DNA of 17,168 nt from Sulfolobaceae archaeon. Lineage in GTDB: Archaea > Thermoproteota > Thermoprotei_A > Sulfolobales > Sulfolobaceae. The notes under the pieces were generated by a model that saw only the letters and a program-made list of their open reading frames with translations, ran no database searches and was not told the DNA's origin. Shown here one piece after another: positions 1 through 9,105 of this stretch. Each line of letters opens with the position of its first letter. Position 1 is the stretch's first letter. The stretch covers positions 1 through 17,168 of the forward strand of contig JAWARQ010000012.1 of the NCBI GenBank assembly GCA_038893355.1, read 5' to 3'. A program made the position numbers and the translations under genes.

Positions 1-1241
1 AACAATCAACAATATTAGCAATGGGTCTAATCTCTTACATCCCGGGTGCCATAATATTAGGATATTTATCAGATTTAATAGGTAGGCGTAACATGTTAAT
101 TTATACAATCATACTAATTGCAATAGGCAGTGTAGGAATGGCGTTATCTGTAGATTATAATACGTTATTATTCTTTAGGATAATTGAAGGTGCTGGAATT
201 GGAGGGGATTTAGTAATTACTGCAGTTTATATTGTAGAATATGCACCTGCATTAAAGAGGGGCATATATATGAATTGGATCTATATTGCAGGCTGGATTG
301 CAGTAGGTGGGGGTGCAGCATTTACCGGGATATTAGTGCAATCATTGCCGACTATAGGTTGGAGAATAGCATTTGGAATAGCAGCTGCTTTGGCAATTGC
401 TGCAATTGTTTTAAGGATCAGTGCTCCAGAATCAATTAGGTTTTTGGTTAAAAACGGAAGAATGTTAGAGGCGGAAAGATTAACTCGACATATGGAGGAA
501 ATAGTAATAAGTAAGCTTAGCGTTCCAAAACTGCCAGAATATAAATCGTTATCTTATGAGCACGACCATAGAAATCCCTTTAGAATAGTAATTAAGAGAT
601 TCTATTTAAAACGGTTCATTGGTCTATTAATATTTTGGTTTACAATCTATATGGTTCAATACACATTTTCAGGGTTTTGGGGTGGTTATCTACAGTTATT
701 AGGGATAACTGGAGACTTATTCAACAGAGTCTCGATACTTACTGCATACTCCGCAGTAGGTGCTACAATGATGGCGTTCTTGATGTTACTATTTATTGAT
801 AAGGTAGATAGGAGACTATTAATTCAAATTGGATCATTAGGTTGGTTAATAGGGGTATCACTATCTGCAGTAGCTGTAGTGCAGCAAAATTGGGCGCTGA
901 TGTTCCTACTGCAACTCCTGGTATCTAACTTCTTAGGCGGTGGTCTCTCTTATTTAGCTGGATACTTAATTTCAGCTGAAAGCTTTCCCACATCAGCTAG
1001 AGCTACTGGATTTGCATTAACTGATGGATTAGGGCACTTAGGAGGGGGTGTAGGCGCATTGTTAATTGTACCATTAATAAAATCATTAGGTTCAATATTA
1101 CCTTGGGTAATTATCAGTTTTCCAGTAGTTATAGGTGCTGGTTTATTATGGGTATTACTTCCAAGAACTGTAGGGTATAGGCTAGAGGAAATAAATGAGG
1201 TAATGGAAAGAGAAGTAATGTTGAAGTCTAAAATAAGATAA
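1..1241 (+). CDS. MFS transporter (sugar porter / aromatic acid:H+ symporter-like), probably 5'-truncated by the window edge
   Basis: MFS motifs GYLSDLIGRR, FRIIEGAGIGG, EYAPALKRG, PESIRFL and ESFPTSARATG, with many hydrophobic segments. The frame is open upstream of ATG 21 (QSTILA) and the first helix appears to be missing, so the true start is likely before position 1. Confidence 0.9.
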   Translation, partial: QSTILAMGLISYIPGAIILGYLSDLIGRRNMLIYTIILIAIGSVGMALSVDYNTLLFFRIIEGAGIGGDLVITAVYIVEYAPALKRGIYMNWIYIAGWIAVGGGAAFTGILVQSLPTIGWRIAFGIAAALAIAAIVLRISAPESIRFLVKNGRMLEAERLTRHMEEIVISKLSVPKLPEYKSLSYEHDHRNPFRIVIKRFYLKRFIGLLIFWFTIYMVQYTFSGFWGGYLQLLGITGDLFNRVSILTAYSAVGATMMAFLMLLFIDKVDRRLLIQIGSLGWLIGVSLSAVAVVQQNWALMFLLQLLVSNFLGGGLSYLAGYLISAESFPTSARATGFALTDGLGHLGGGVGALLIVPLIKSLGSILPWVIISFPVVIGAGLLWVLLPRTVGYRLEEINEVMEREVMLKSKIR

Positions 1242-1692
1242 GAAAACATTCTTATCTTTTTCTCCTTACCATAATTCTCTTATCAAATTAGCTTAAATTC
1301 ACCTATTGTTAACTATTTCATTCTGCTCAAAGATATTCTATTTATAATAATTTCTATATTTATAAAATTAATTTAAATTATTTTTTATCTTAAAAATTAT
1401 GATAGTTATTGAATAGATATTTTTCATTTAATTCCCTAATTTTGCATTATTTTAGTTAGCGAGATGTCTTTTTTAAATGTTTTTAAAGTAACGTAAAAAC
1501 ATAAAGGATTCTCCGATAAGCTCTAATTTATAGATCTAAGAGTTATGGTTGGATTATCGTAAATTATGGTTTTTATTTATGACAATTCATCTTGAACTCT
1601 TATTGAATTTGGAAATAAGGTGTGTATAAAAGAAAATAGAAGACGATTTATAGTCAATATATATATAGAGTGTAAAATTTATAAAAAATAAA

Positions 1693-2748
1693 TTATGATA
1701 TCTTCATCACAGCACGACCAAGATACTTAGCTTTCTCTAGCTCTTCAAACAAAGTGTTAATTTCACTTTCACTAAATCCTATTACCCTACTTACATGAGA
1801 CTTAACTCTGCCATCAACTGCTAACGAGAACAAGTCCTCAAATTCATTAGTTACTCCGACTATTGATGGTATTACCTTAATAAACCCTAGAATTGAAGCT
1901 AGTGGAGTTATAGGTATTGGTCCTTCATTTTCTGCTGGAATTCCTACTACTATTAAAGCCCCAGGTGGTCTTAATAACCTTAAGCCTAGTTCATAACCCT
2001 TTATCCTAGGAGTGAAGACTAATGATGCATAAACACCGCCTAACCTTTCTTTTACGAATTTTTCGGCTTCTCCCGCATCTACTACGTAATCTGCACCTAG
2101 CTTTTCAACAAATCTTAATCTTTCTTGCCCTATATCAATTCCTACAACTCTGTAGCCAAAAGCCTTAGCTATTTGAACTGCATAATGCCCTAAACCACCA
2201 GCAGCACCTATTATAGCTACAGTCTTACCTGCAGGCAGTCTTACTTCAGTAATAAGTTTTCTTACAGCACCATAAGCCGTTATTCCTCCACACATCATTG
2301 GTGCTACTTCAGTATCTGGTAGGTCTTTAGGTATCCTCGGTGCTGCCATTTCATGAATAATAGCATATTCCGCATACGTTCCATCTACGTTAACTGATGT
2401 ATATTTTGCATTAGAGCACCAGTGCGGATATCCTAATAGACATAGTTCACACTGACCGCACCAATAATTCATCCATGGTACACCAACTCTGTCACCTTTT
2501 CTAAGTCTAGAAACTCCAGGGCCGACTTCTTCAACTATTCCAATCCCTTCGTGACCTAATACCTTAGTATTTGTTAGATCCATAACTTGCCTTACACTAC
2601 TCCAATCTCCTTTCCACTGGTGTAAATCCGTATGACATATTCCAGTAACGCTTAATCTTACTAGAACTTGCCCAAAACCTGGTGTAGGTTTAGGAACCTC
2701 CTCCTTCACTAACGGTTTACCATACTCTTTTATCCTTAATGCCTTCAT
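1693..2748 (-). CDS. Zn-dependent alcohol dehydrogenase (MDR, AdhP-like), NAD(H)-type
   Basis: Catalytic Zn ligands in GICHTD, GHEG and MMCGG. Structural Zn site CGQCELC...C. Rossmann GAAGGLG followed by GIDIG (Asp implies NAD). Confidence 0.93.
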   Translation of the reverse strand: MKALRIKEYGKPLVKEEVPKPTPGFGQVLVRLSVTGICHTDLHQWKGDWSSVRQVMDLTNTKVLGHEGIGIVEEVGPGVSRLRKGDRVGVPWMNYWCGQCELCLLGYPHWCSNAKYTSVNVDGTYAEYAIIHEMAAPRIPKDLPDTEVAPMMCGGITAYGAVRKLITEVRLPAGKTVAIIGAAGGLGHYAVQIAKAFGYRVVGIDIGQERLRFVEKLGADYVVDAGEAEKFVKERLGGVYASLVFTPRIKGYELGLRLLRPPGALIVVGIPAENEGPIPITPLASILGFIKVIPSIVGVTNEFEDLFSLAVDGRVKSHVSRVIGFSESEINTLFEELEKAKYLGRAVMKIS

Positions 2749-2770
2749 TATAATATTTTTAGGTTATATA

Positions 2771-2784
2771 TTTAAAAAGCTTTC
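2771..2784 (-). promoter_or_regulatory. BRE-TATA of the leaderless adh gene
   Basis: The minus strand reads GAAAGC-TTTTTAAA, ending about 23 nt before ATG 2748. Confidence 0.6.
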
Positions 2785-3005
2785 TAACGATTAATTAATA
2801 GATGTATACACAAAAATATTACAAAGATATATATTATAAAGGTAATATTAAATAGTTTTTATCATTATAGTTTAGATCAAGCATTTTATTTACTTTCTAA
2901 CATTTAGGTTAACTTTATAAAATGTACAAAACGAAACATCGAATAAATAATTGTTGAAAAGATTTTCAATATTATAATACAGTTTATCCATAGAATAGAT
3001 TATTA

Positions 3006-4439
3006 CTAAATAAACAACTCTTTATATTTTTCTGTAATAGTTTTAACTAGCTCATCACTAGGTTTAACTTCGATTGGGAATTGATTTCTGATAAGTTTAT
3101 CAAAAGGTTTTACAGCGTATATAATTGCACGCGATGATACATACTCGCTTATAAATTCTCTCCTTTCTGCCATTGGATCTAATGGTGTACTCCATACGTT
3201 TTTTATTACTTCTATAGATCTTATTGGATCAGATCTAGTACACATTGCCCATATAACTTGATTTATATCTGTTGGATCTATGTCATCATCAACTATAATA
3301 ACATATCTACCACCATATGCACTTAATGGACTTGTTGCTACGATGTGTCCTACCGTAGTTGCATGGCCTGCTGAAATTTGTTTTATAGATACAATTATAA
3401 ATGCCCTACCAAATCCTGCTTCATGAACCCATACTCCTTTAATTCCAGGGATTCCAATTCTCTCTAACATATTCCAAATCATTGCGGCACGAATAGGGCA
3501 TCTAAAGTAAGAATAGTCATAAGGCGGAATGCTAGGTGCTGTTCCTAAAAGAATTGGATTTTCTCTATAATATACTCTTTCAACTTCAATAATAGGGCTT
3601 TTCATCTTACCTCCTGCATAATAACCCATAAATTCACCGAAAGGTCCTTCATCTATTGTTTCTCCAGTAATATATCCTTCAATCGCAATTTCACTTTCAG
3701 CTGGGATAGGTAAGTCTGTGAGTTCTCCCTTAATTACTTTAAATCTCTTTTTAATTACAGCACCTGCAAAATTATATTCAGATACTCCATAGGGTACTTC
3801 CATTCCTGCAAATATGAAAAGTGAAAGGGGTGGTCCAAATGATATGGCTATCGGTGCTTTAATTCCCTTTTTAAGATAATTCTCTATATGAATTCTACCA
3901 TGATGTCCTGCATCTATGAATATTGCTAACCTTCTTCTATCTACTAGCATTACTCTATAAGCTCCAACGTTTATCCAATCTGAATCTGGATCTTTAGTAA
4001 TTACAGCATCCGCAGTTCCAATATATCTTCCACCATCTAACTCATGCCACTTCGGTGCTGGGAATTTAAGAAGATTTACATTCTCACCCCTATCAACATT
4101 CTCCATTACTGGAGAATCGTTAACTATTATAGGATCGTAATTCTTATATTCTCTACTTGCATAGTCTAATCTCTGCTTTAAAATTTTGACTAATTGAATG
4201 TCATTGACTTTATCAGGAATCTCTAACGCGAGCCCAACTCTTATTGCATCTAACAATGCGCCAGTTAGTAGTCTATATCCTTTTGGATAATCCTTTATCT
4301 CATCAAATAATAATGTATATTTCTTCTTTTTAGCATTTAAATCGGTTATTGCACCAATCTCTAAGTTCCAATCAGCTCCTCTAATTTCCCTTAAAAGACC
4401 TAACTTCCTAACCTCTTCAATAAATTTTCTAATTTCCAT
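3006..4439 (-). CDS. UbiD-family (prFMN-dependent) (hetero)aromatic acid decarboxylase
   Basis: Motifs ADWNLEIGAI, DGGRYIGT, NVGAYR (catalytic Arg), EGPFGEFMGYY (catalytic Glu pair) and VDDDIDP..WA..TR..P. Length 477 aa. Confidence 0.93.
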   Translation of the reverse strand: MEIRKFIEEVRKLGLLREIRGADWNLEIGAITDLNAKKKKYTLLFDEIKDYPKGYRLLTGALLDAIRVGLALEIPDKVNDIQLVKILKQRLDYASREYKNYDPIIVNDSPVMENVDRGENVNLLKFPAPKWHELDGGRYIGTADAVITKDPDSDWINVGAYRVMLVDRRRLAIFIDAGHHGRIHIENYLKKGIKAPIAISFGPPLSLFIFAGMEVPYGVSEYNFAGAVIKKRFKVIKGELTDLPIPAESEIAIEGYITGETIDEGPFGEFMGYYAGGKMKSPIIEVERVYYRENPILLGTAPSIPPYDYSYFRCPIRAAMIWNMLERIGIPGIKGVWVHEAGFGRAFIIVSIKQISAGHATTVGHIVATSPLSAYGGRYVIIVDDDIDPTDINQVIWAMCTRSDPIRSIEVIKNVWSTPLDPMAERREFISEYVSSRAIIYAVKPFDKLIRNQFPIEVKPSDELVKTITEKYKELFI

Positions 4440-4528
4440 GGCTTATAATTTTTTAAATCCAGTTATTAGAGCTTAACTATGTAATATTATTCACTCATCA
4501 AATTATATTCGTATGATAAAATATTTTA

Positions 4529-5068
4529 TTAAATTGGAAAATAAAGGTTATATGAGGGATAGTTAGGGGTGTCCAAGTATATAATCCTTTTATATAGTTT
4601 CATTTCGTTACCACCGCTATAGATTCGTATGACATCTTCCCTCTTCCCAGATATTAAGTTAAAAGTTCCTTTTATCATTTCATCACCTTCTATTCTAAGT
4701 AGTATAAAACTGCTATTTACATGAATTTCTGAACCTCTCCTTTCTATTATTCTTACATTTCCAATAATTCTTCTAGTAAATGTCTTAGCATAATTGTACG
4801 CCCAACCATATTCAGATTTTAATCTTTGTATATATAGTCTCCACTTGTTTTTATCTGCACTAAATAAAAATTTTTCTTTGGAAAAATTTAATTTTTTATT
4901 TTGAGTAATTTCTCCTACAATGACGAAATACTCAAAATTATCATCTAGCAACTCTAGCCATTTTTCATAGTCTTCTTCATTTAATAACTCAACCTCTTTA
5001 TATACGAAGTTTAATATCTTAAAATACAACTCAACCTCTTCCTTTAATTCACTGTTCACTACTCTCAC
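4529..5068 (-). CDS. Aromatic ring-hydroxylating dioxygenase beta (small) subunit
   Basis: Pattern FVYKEVELL...YEKWLELL, TRRIIGNV, V.SSF...R, SGKREDVIR and L.KRIIYLD. It starts 3 nt after the alpha-subunit stop. An alternative GTG start lies at 5059 behind a GGTGA. Confidence 0.9.
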   Translation of the reverse strand: MRVVNSELKEEVELYFKILNFVYKEVELLNEEDYEKWLELLDDNFEYFVIVGEITQNKKLNFSKEKFLFSADKNKWRLYIQRLKSEYGWAYNYAKTFTRRIIGNVRIIERRGSEIHVNSSFILLRIEGDEMIKGTFNLISGKREDVIRIYSGGNEMKLYKRIIYLDTPNYPSYNLYFPI

Positions 5069-5071
5069 CCC

Positions 5072-6397
5072 TTAGTGTATCATTTCCATAACCCATCTTT
5101 TCCAAAAAGTCCTTTGACATTCTTCATGAAATTGAGTTGGTCTTACTATTCCAGGGCCTTTCCAATCTTTAATAACTGGCAAATCTTTTCCGCCTCCCTT
5201 CAATGCTGTAAAGGCAAAGTTTGCAAAATATCCTCCAGCAACCTTCGTTATACCCCTCCATATAGCTGTATCATCCATCTCTGCAGCCCCAGAAGGTCCG
5301 AAATGGGATACAGTAATCTCATAGACTCTTTTTGCAGTTTCATTATCTACTTCTTTTGGAACTATAACCCATGTCCATACTTCAGTCCTATTTTCACTTA
5401 TAGGTTGCCAGACCCGTAATAATGAAACTGGTGCTCTAGGTTTTACTGGGCCTGGATAATCAGTAGAATCTGCGGCTATGAACCCTGAAAAATTAGGAAA
5501 GATTGTAAAGACTGTATGCGAAACTTTCCTTAAAATTTCAAATCTCTCATCATAATTATTTTCAATATTCTTTAGTTTAAAACCAAAATAACCAGGAATA
5601 TTTTCACTAGGTACTAGTCTAAATCCGAAAGCACCTACTGGTTTGCCATTAACATCTTTTAAATCAGCTATTGAAATCTCATTCTTTCCTGGCGTTAAAT
5701 ACCCGAACCTAGATAATGGGCTTGCAAGACCATATTCTACTACACTCTTATGAGTCATAATAGTGTGCAATCTGTCTTCAGAGAAATTCTCTGCACCTAT
5801 TTTCCAATTAAAATCTGCAATAAATCTTAATGGTGAGTTTACTGGCCTCATTCCACCAGTTAATTTAAATATTACATCAAGATAGTACTTTGCTTCACCT
5901 AAATATTCGTCTAAAGAGATAGAAGGAGCTTCGCTACCGAATATTAAATTTTCATATTGCTGGATTTTTATCTCTATTAATCCCCATTTTTCAATATCAA
6001 GATCCTTGAAGACAATTTCACGCAATGGCATTCCTATCAATTTACCCACATTATTATACGTCCATCCGTGATATGGACATGTAAAAGTTTTTGCATTACC
6101 TTTTTCAGCGTTACATAATATTGCTCCTCTATGTCTACAACTGTTAAAGAAACCTCTTATTTTTCCGTCATCTCCCCTCACAATAATAAATGGGTCTGGG
6201 CCAATATATCTAACGATATAGTCTCCTTCCCTTGGAATTTCATCAGAAAATCCTAAGAATATCCAAGATTTTGAAAAGATTCTTTCAAGTTCAAGGTTAA
6301 ATATCTCCGTATCATTAATCACCTTCAAAGGAATTTCATAGTTCTCATCAATAAAAAATGACTTATACAAACTTTCCAAATGTTTTCTGATACTCAT
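5072..6397 (-). CDS. Rieske non-heme iron ring-hydroxylating oxygenase alpha subunit
   Basis: Rieske ligands CRHRG...CPYHGW. Mononuclear Fe site NWKIGAENFSEDRLHTIMTH (bridging Asp plus two His) and GPSGAAEMDD (Asp ligand). Also ELERIF..SW and TIFPNFS. Confidence 0.95.
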   Translation of the reverse strand: MSIRKHLESLYKSFFIDENYEIPLKVINDTEIFNLELERIFSKSWIFLGFSDEIPREGDYIVRYIGPDPFIIVRGDDGKIRGFFNSCRHRGAILCNAEKGNAKTFTCPYHGWTYNNVGKLIGMPLREIVFKDLDIEKWGLIEIKIQQYENLIFGSEAPSISLDEYLGEAKYYLDVIFKLTGGMRPVNSPLRFIADFNWKIGAENFSEDRLHTIMTHKSVVEYGLASPLSRFGYLTPGKNEISIADLKDVNGKPVGAFGFRLVPSENIPGYFGFKLKNIENNYDERFEILRKVSHTVFTIFPNFSGFIAADSTDYPGPVKPRAPVSLLRVWQPISENRTEVWTWVIVPKEVDNETAKRVYEITVSHFGPSGAAEMDDTAIWRGITKVAGGYFANFAFTALKGGGKDLPVIKDWKGPGIVRPTQFHEECQRTFWKRWVMEMIH

Positions 6398-6427
6398 TAC
6401 AATCTCTTTAAAATCTCTTAATATTAG

Positions 6428-6441
6428 TATTTAAGTTTTTC
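6428..6441 (-). promoter_or_regulatory. Putative BRE-TATA for the oxygenase alpha/beta genes
   Basis: The minus strand reads GAAAAA-CTTAAATA, about 31 nt before ATG 6397. Confidence 0.4.
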
Positions 6442-6506
6442 TATCATTATTATTTTAATAAATCAAATTAATTCTATATTATATTTATATGCATTATAAT
6501 ATTTGC

Positions 6507-7601
6507 TTAAGGTTTTATTAAACTCCGTAAGATCTCTCCCTTTTTCAAATTCTCTATCGCTTGATTTATATCCTCTAACTTATACTTACTAGATATTAAT
6601 TTAGCGGGATCATATCTCTTAGACCTTACCATTGCAAATAATTTTGGCATATCTATCCTAGGTCTTCCACCATGTGCGGTTAATATTCTTATTCCATTCC
6701 TTAAAAGGTGTGCTATCTTTAAGGGTATTTCTTGATTAGCAGGAGGAATTCCAACCTGAATTACTTTACCTCCTATTCTTACTAATTCTGTTGCCATTCT
6801 AATAGTTTCTAATGTACCAGCAACTTCAAATACAATATCTACTCCTCCATCACTAATTTCTTTAACCCTTTCTATAGTATTCCCTTCCTTAGCATTTATA
6901 ATATGAGTCGCACCTAATTCTAATGCCTTTTTTAATTTCCAATTATAGATGTCTATAACTATAATCTCCCCCGCCCCTATTGCCGATAACATCTGGACTA
7001 TCGATAAGCCTACTCCTCCAGCACCAATAACTGCTGTACTCTCTCCTGCTTTAACTTTAGCAGTATTCACTACTGCACCATACGCAGTTAATCCAGCACA
7101 ACCTAATATTGCTAGTTCTTCATTCGGATTAAGGTCGTTAGGGATTTTATTAACTGCATTTTCATGGACTATAACATATTCAGCAAATCCTCCTCCCATA
7201 AACATTCTTAACTCTCTCCCATCCCTGAATCTTAATCTACTTGTACCATCTAACATAACGCCCTTTAATCTATTCTTTATAAAATTCTCACATAAGTTCT
7301 CGAGTCCTGCTATGCAATTTCTACATTTTCCACATGGTTGAATGAATGAGACAACTACTATATCACCTTCCCTAACTCTAGAAACGTTTTTACCTACCTT
7401 AATTACTTCTCCTAATATTTCATGTCCTGCAATAACTGGTGGTTCTATTGGTGTAAATCCTAAAAATACGTTAAGATCGGAATGACATAGACCACAAGCT
7501 TTTACTTTTATCATAACTTCATTTTCTTTAGGATTTTCTATATCTATATCATCACGTATCTCTAAAGGCTGATTATATCTAAATAGTACTGCAGCCCTAA
7601 T
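6507..7601 (-). CDS. Zn-dependent dehydrogenase (MDR), paralog of the Sulfolobales succinate-semialdehyde reductase type; probable start ATT at 7601
   Basis: Motifs GLCHSD, AGHE, CGKCRNC...C, LGCAG and GAGGVG. The frame upstream of ATG 7514 reads [29 protein letters not shown], the normal MDR N-terminus, and is bounded by an in-frame TGA at 7608-7610. Confidence 0.9.
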   Translation of the reverse strand: MRAAVLFRYNQPLEIRDDIDIENPKENEVMIKVKACGLCHSDLNVFLGFTPIEPPVIAGHEILGEVIKVGKNVSRVREGDIVVVSFIQPCGKCRNCIAGLENLCENFIKNRLKGVMLDGTSRLRFRDGRELRMFMGGGFAEYVIVHENAVNKIPNDLNPNEELAILGCAGLTAYGAVVNTAKVKAGESTAVIGAGGVGLSIVQMLSAIGAGEIIVIDIYNWKLKKALELGATHIINAKEGNTIERVKEISDGGVDIVFEVAGTLETIRMATELVRIGGKVIQVGIPPANQEIPLKIAHLLRNGIRILTAHGGRPRIDMPKLFAMVRSKRYDPAKLISSKYKLEDINQAIENLKKGEILRSLIKP

Positions 7602-7603
7602 AC

Positions 7604-8938
7604 CTATTCACCCATTAGAGCCTTTTCTTTACTTATTGCACCTTTGGTCTCTGGAGACAGTAAAGTTCCTATAAGTTCAATTATTCCAGCTACTATAATC
7701 GCTACTGTCATTACTAATGGAAATTTTGGGAAACCGCCAACAGCATTAAGTATTAAGGTAACTATTGTTGGTGATGAACCTCCTATTGCAAATCCAATAT
7801 TCCATGTAAGTGCTACACCAGTACCTCTTACTTGTGTTGGATATGTTTCATTTAGATACGTCATTACAATCCCACCTCCAAAATCTGCAATGAATGATAT
7901 TGTGAAGGCTAATAGTATTATTAGATTTAGCTCATTTATCGTTAAACCTCCTAAGATTAAAAATAGTGGACTCATAATTATTACTATAATGCTACCTATT
8001 AATGACATGGTTTTCCTACCTATTAGCTGTGAGAGAGCACCACCTATAACTGGGCCTATCAGCATGCCTAAGGATGCAAATATCATCACTATTCCAACTG
8101 ATGGTCTAGGCAAACTATTCACGTTGCTTAAAAATGTAGGAAAAAGCCCTTGAGTTAAATAATACATCAATGCCCATCCTACCGTAACGATTAGAGCAAT
8201 GAAGAATTTCCTTCTCAATTCAATATTTTTAAATATTTCTCTCAATGGCGATTTTACTAACTGCCCTCTTTGTTTAACCTTAGACCATACTTCAGATTCT
8301 GGCGTTATATAACTAACATAAAACAGAATTATCAAAGGAAATAAACCACTAAAGAACATAACTCTCCACCCTAAATCTAAGTAAGAATTTCCTGGGAACC
8401 AAATTGTAGTAGCGTAAAACCATAATGATGCAATAAGATAAGCAGCACCTGCAGCTGCAAATCCTATACCTCCTACCCAACCTCTATGTCTTTCTGGCAC
8501 AGATTCTGGCCCTATAGTATGACTTCCAGCGGTCACTCCTCCTATAAAGAAGCCTTGAATTAATCTAAGCAATATCAGTAATGTGGGTGCTAATATTCCT
8601 GCAGTATAGAAAGTCGGAAGTGCACCTTGTAGTGATGTAGTTATAACCAATCCAATTATACCATATATTATAGCCCTCTTTCTACCAACTTTATCAGCAA
8701 TCTTTGTACCAAAATAACCGGCACCGAATGGTCTCATTATGAACGATACGAGGAAGCCTGCATATGTTGCAGCTATTGATAATAGGGGAACTTGTGATGG
8801 GAAAAAGAGGGATGAAATGTAGGGTGTAACTAGAAGTATTATGAATAAATCGTATAGGTCAAAGGTCCATGTAAAGAAACTCGCTAATATCCATTTTACA
8901 TGCCTTGATGTTAGCTTATCTTCGCTCAATATACTCAC
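7604..8938 (-). CDS. MFS transporter (metabolite:H+ symporter-like)
   Basis: Motifs WTFDLYD, MRPFGA..FG..ADKVGRK, LRLIQGFFIGG, ESVPERHRG, GWRVMF and ETYPTQVRGTG. GTG start. Confidence 0.92.
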   Translation of the reverse strand: MSILSEDKLTSRHVKWILASFFTWTFDLYDLFIILLVTPYISSLFFPSQVPLLSIAATYAGFLVSFIMRPFGAGYFGTKIADKVGRKRAIIYGIIGLVITTSLQGALPTFYTAGILAPTLLILLRLIQGFFIGGVTAGSHTIGPESVPERHRGWVGGIGFAAAGAAYLIASLWFYATTIWFPGNSYLDLGWRVMFFSGLFPLIILFYVSYITPESEVWSKVKQRGQLVKSPLREIFKNIELRRKFFIALIVTVGWALMYYLTQGLFPTFLSNVNSLPRPSVGIVMIFASLGMLIGPVIGGALSQLIGRKTMSLIGSIIVIIMSPLFLILGGLTINELNLIILLAFTISFIADFGGGIVMTYLNETYPTQVRGTGVALTWNIGFAIGGSSPTIVTLILNAVGGFPKFPLVMTVAIIVAGIIELIGTLLSPETKGAISKEKALMGE

Positions 8939-8954
8939 CGTAGTTGATTTAAAG

Positions 8955-8980
8955 TTGTAACTTAATAAATGTTACTACAA
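8955..8980 (-). promoter_or_regulatory. TATA box of the MFS-dehydrogenase operon, flanked by an inverted repeat (candidate operator)
   Basis: Minus-strand TTTATTAA (8962-8969) lies about 24 nt before GTG 8938, enclosed by GTAAC-N9-GTTAC (8957-8975). Confidence 0.55.
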
Positions 8981-9105
8981 TTTAATAACTTCGGAGTATA
9001 TTAAATAACGTTTTAATTTTATTCTAGATATAAACTACATCAAATCAATTAGATTTTGTGGAAGGTATAATCCACTAAGAATTTGTTCTTATAAAGAACT
9101 AAAAT

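Noticed and set aside
950-1249. 99-aa minus-strand ORF
   Set aside because: Antisense shadow of the MFS gene with no recognisable motif.
1242-1692. Long AT-rich spacer between convergent genes
   Set aside because: I could not find a supportable ORF, repeat or structured RNA.
5075-5419. 114-aa plus-strand ORF
   Set aside because: Antisense to the Rieske alpha subunit with no domain signal.
6949-8153. Plus-strand ORFs 6949-7341 and 7644-8153
   Set aside because: Codon-mirror shadows of the dehydrogenase and MFS genes, rich in Pro, Ile and Thr.
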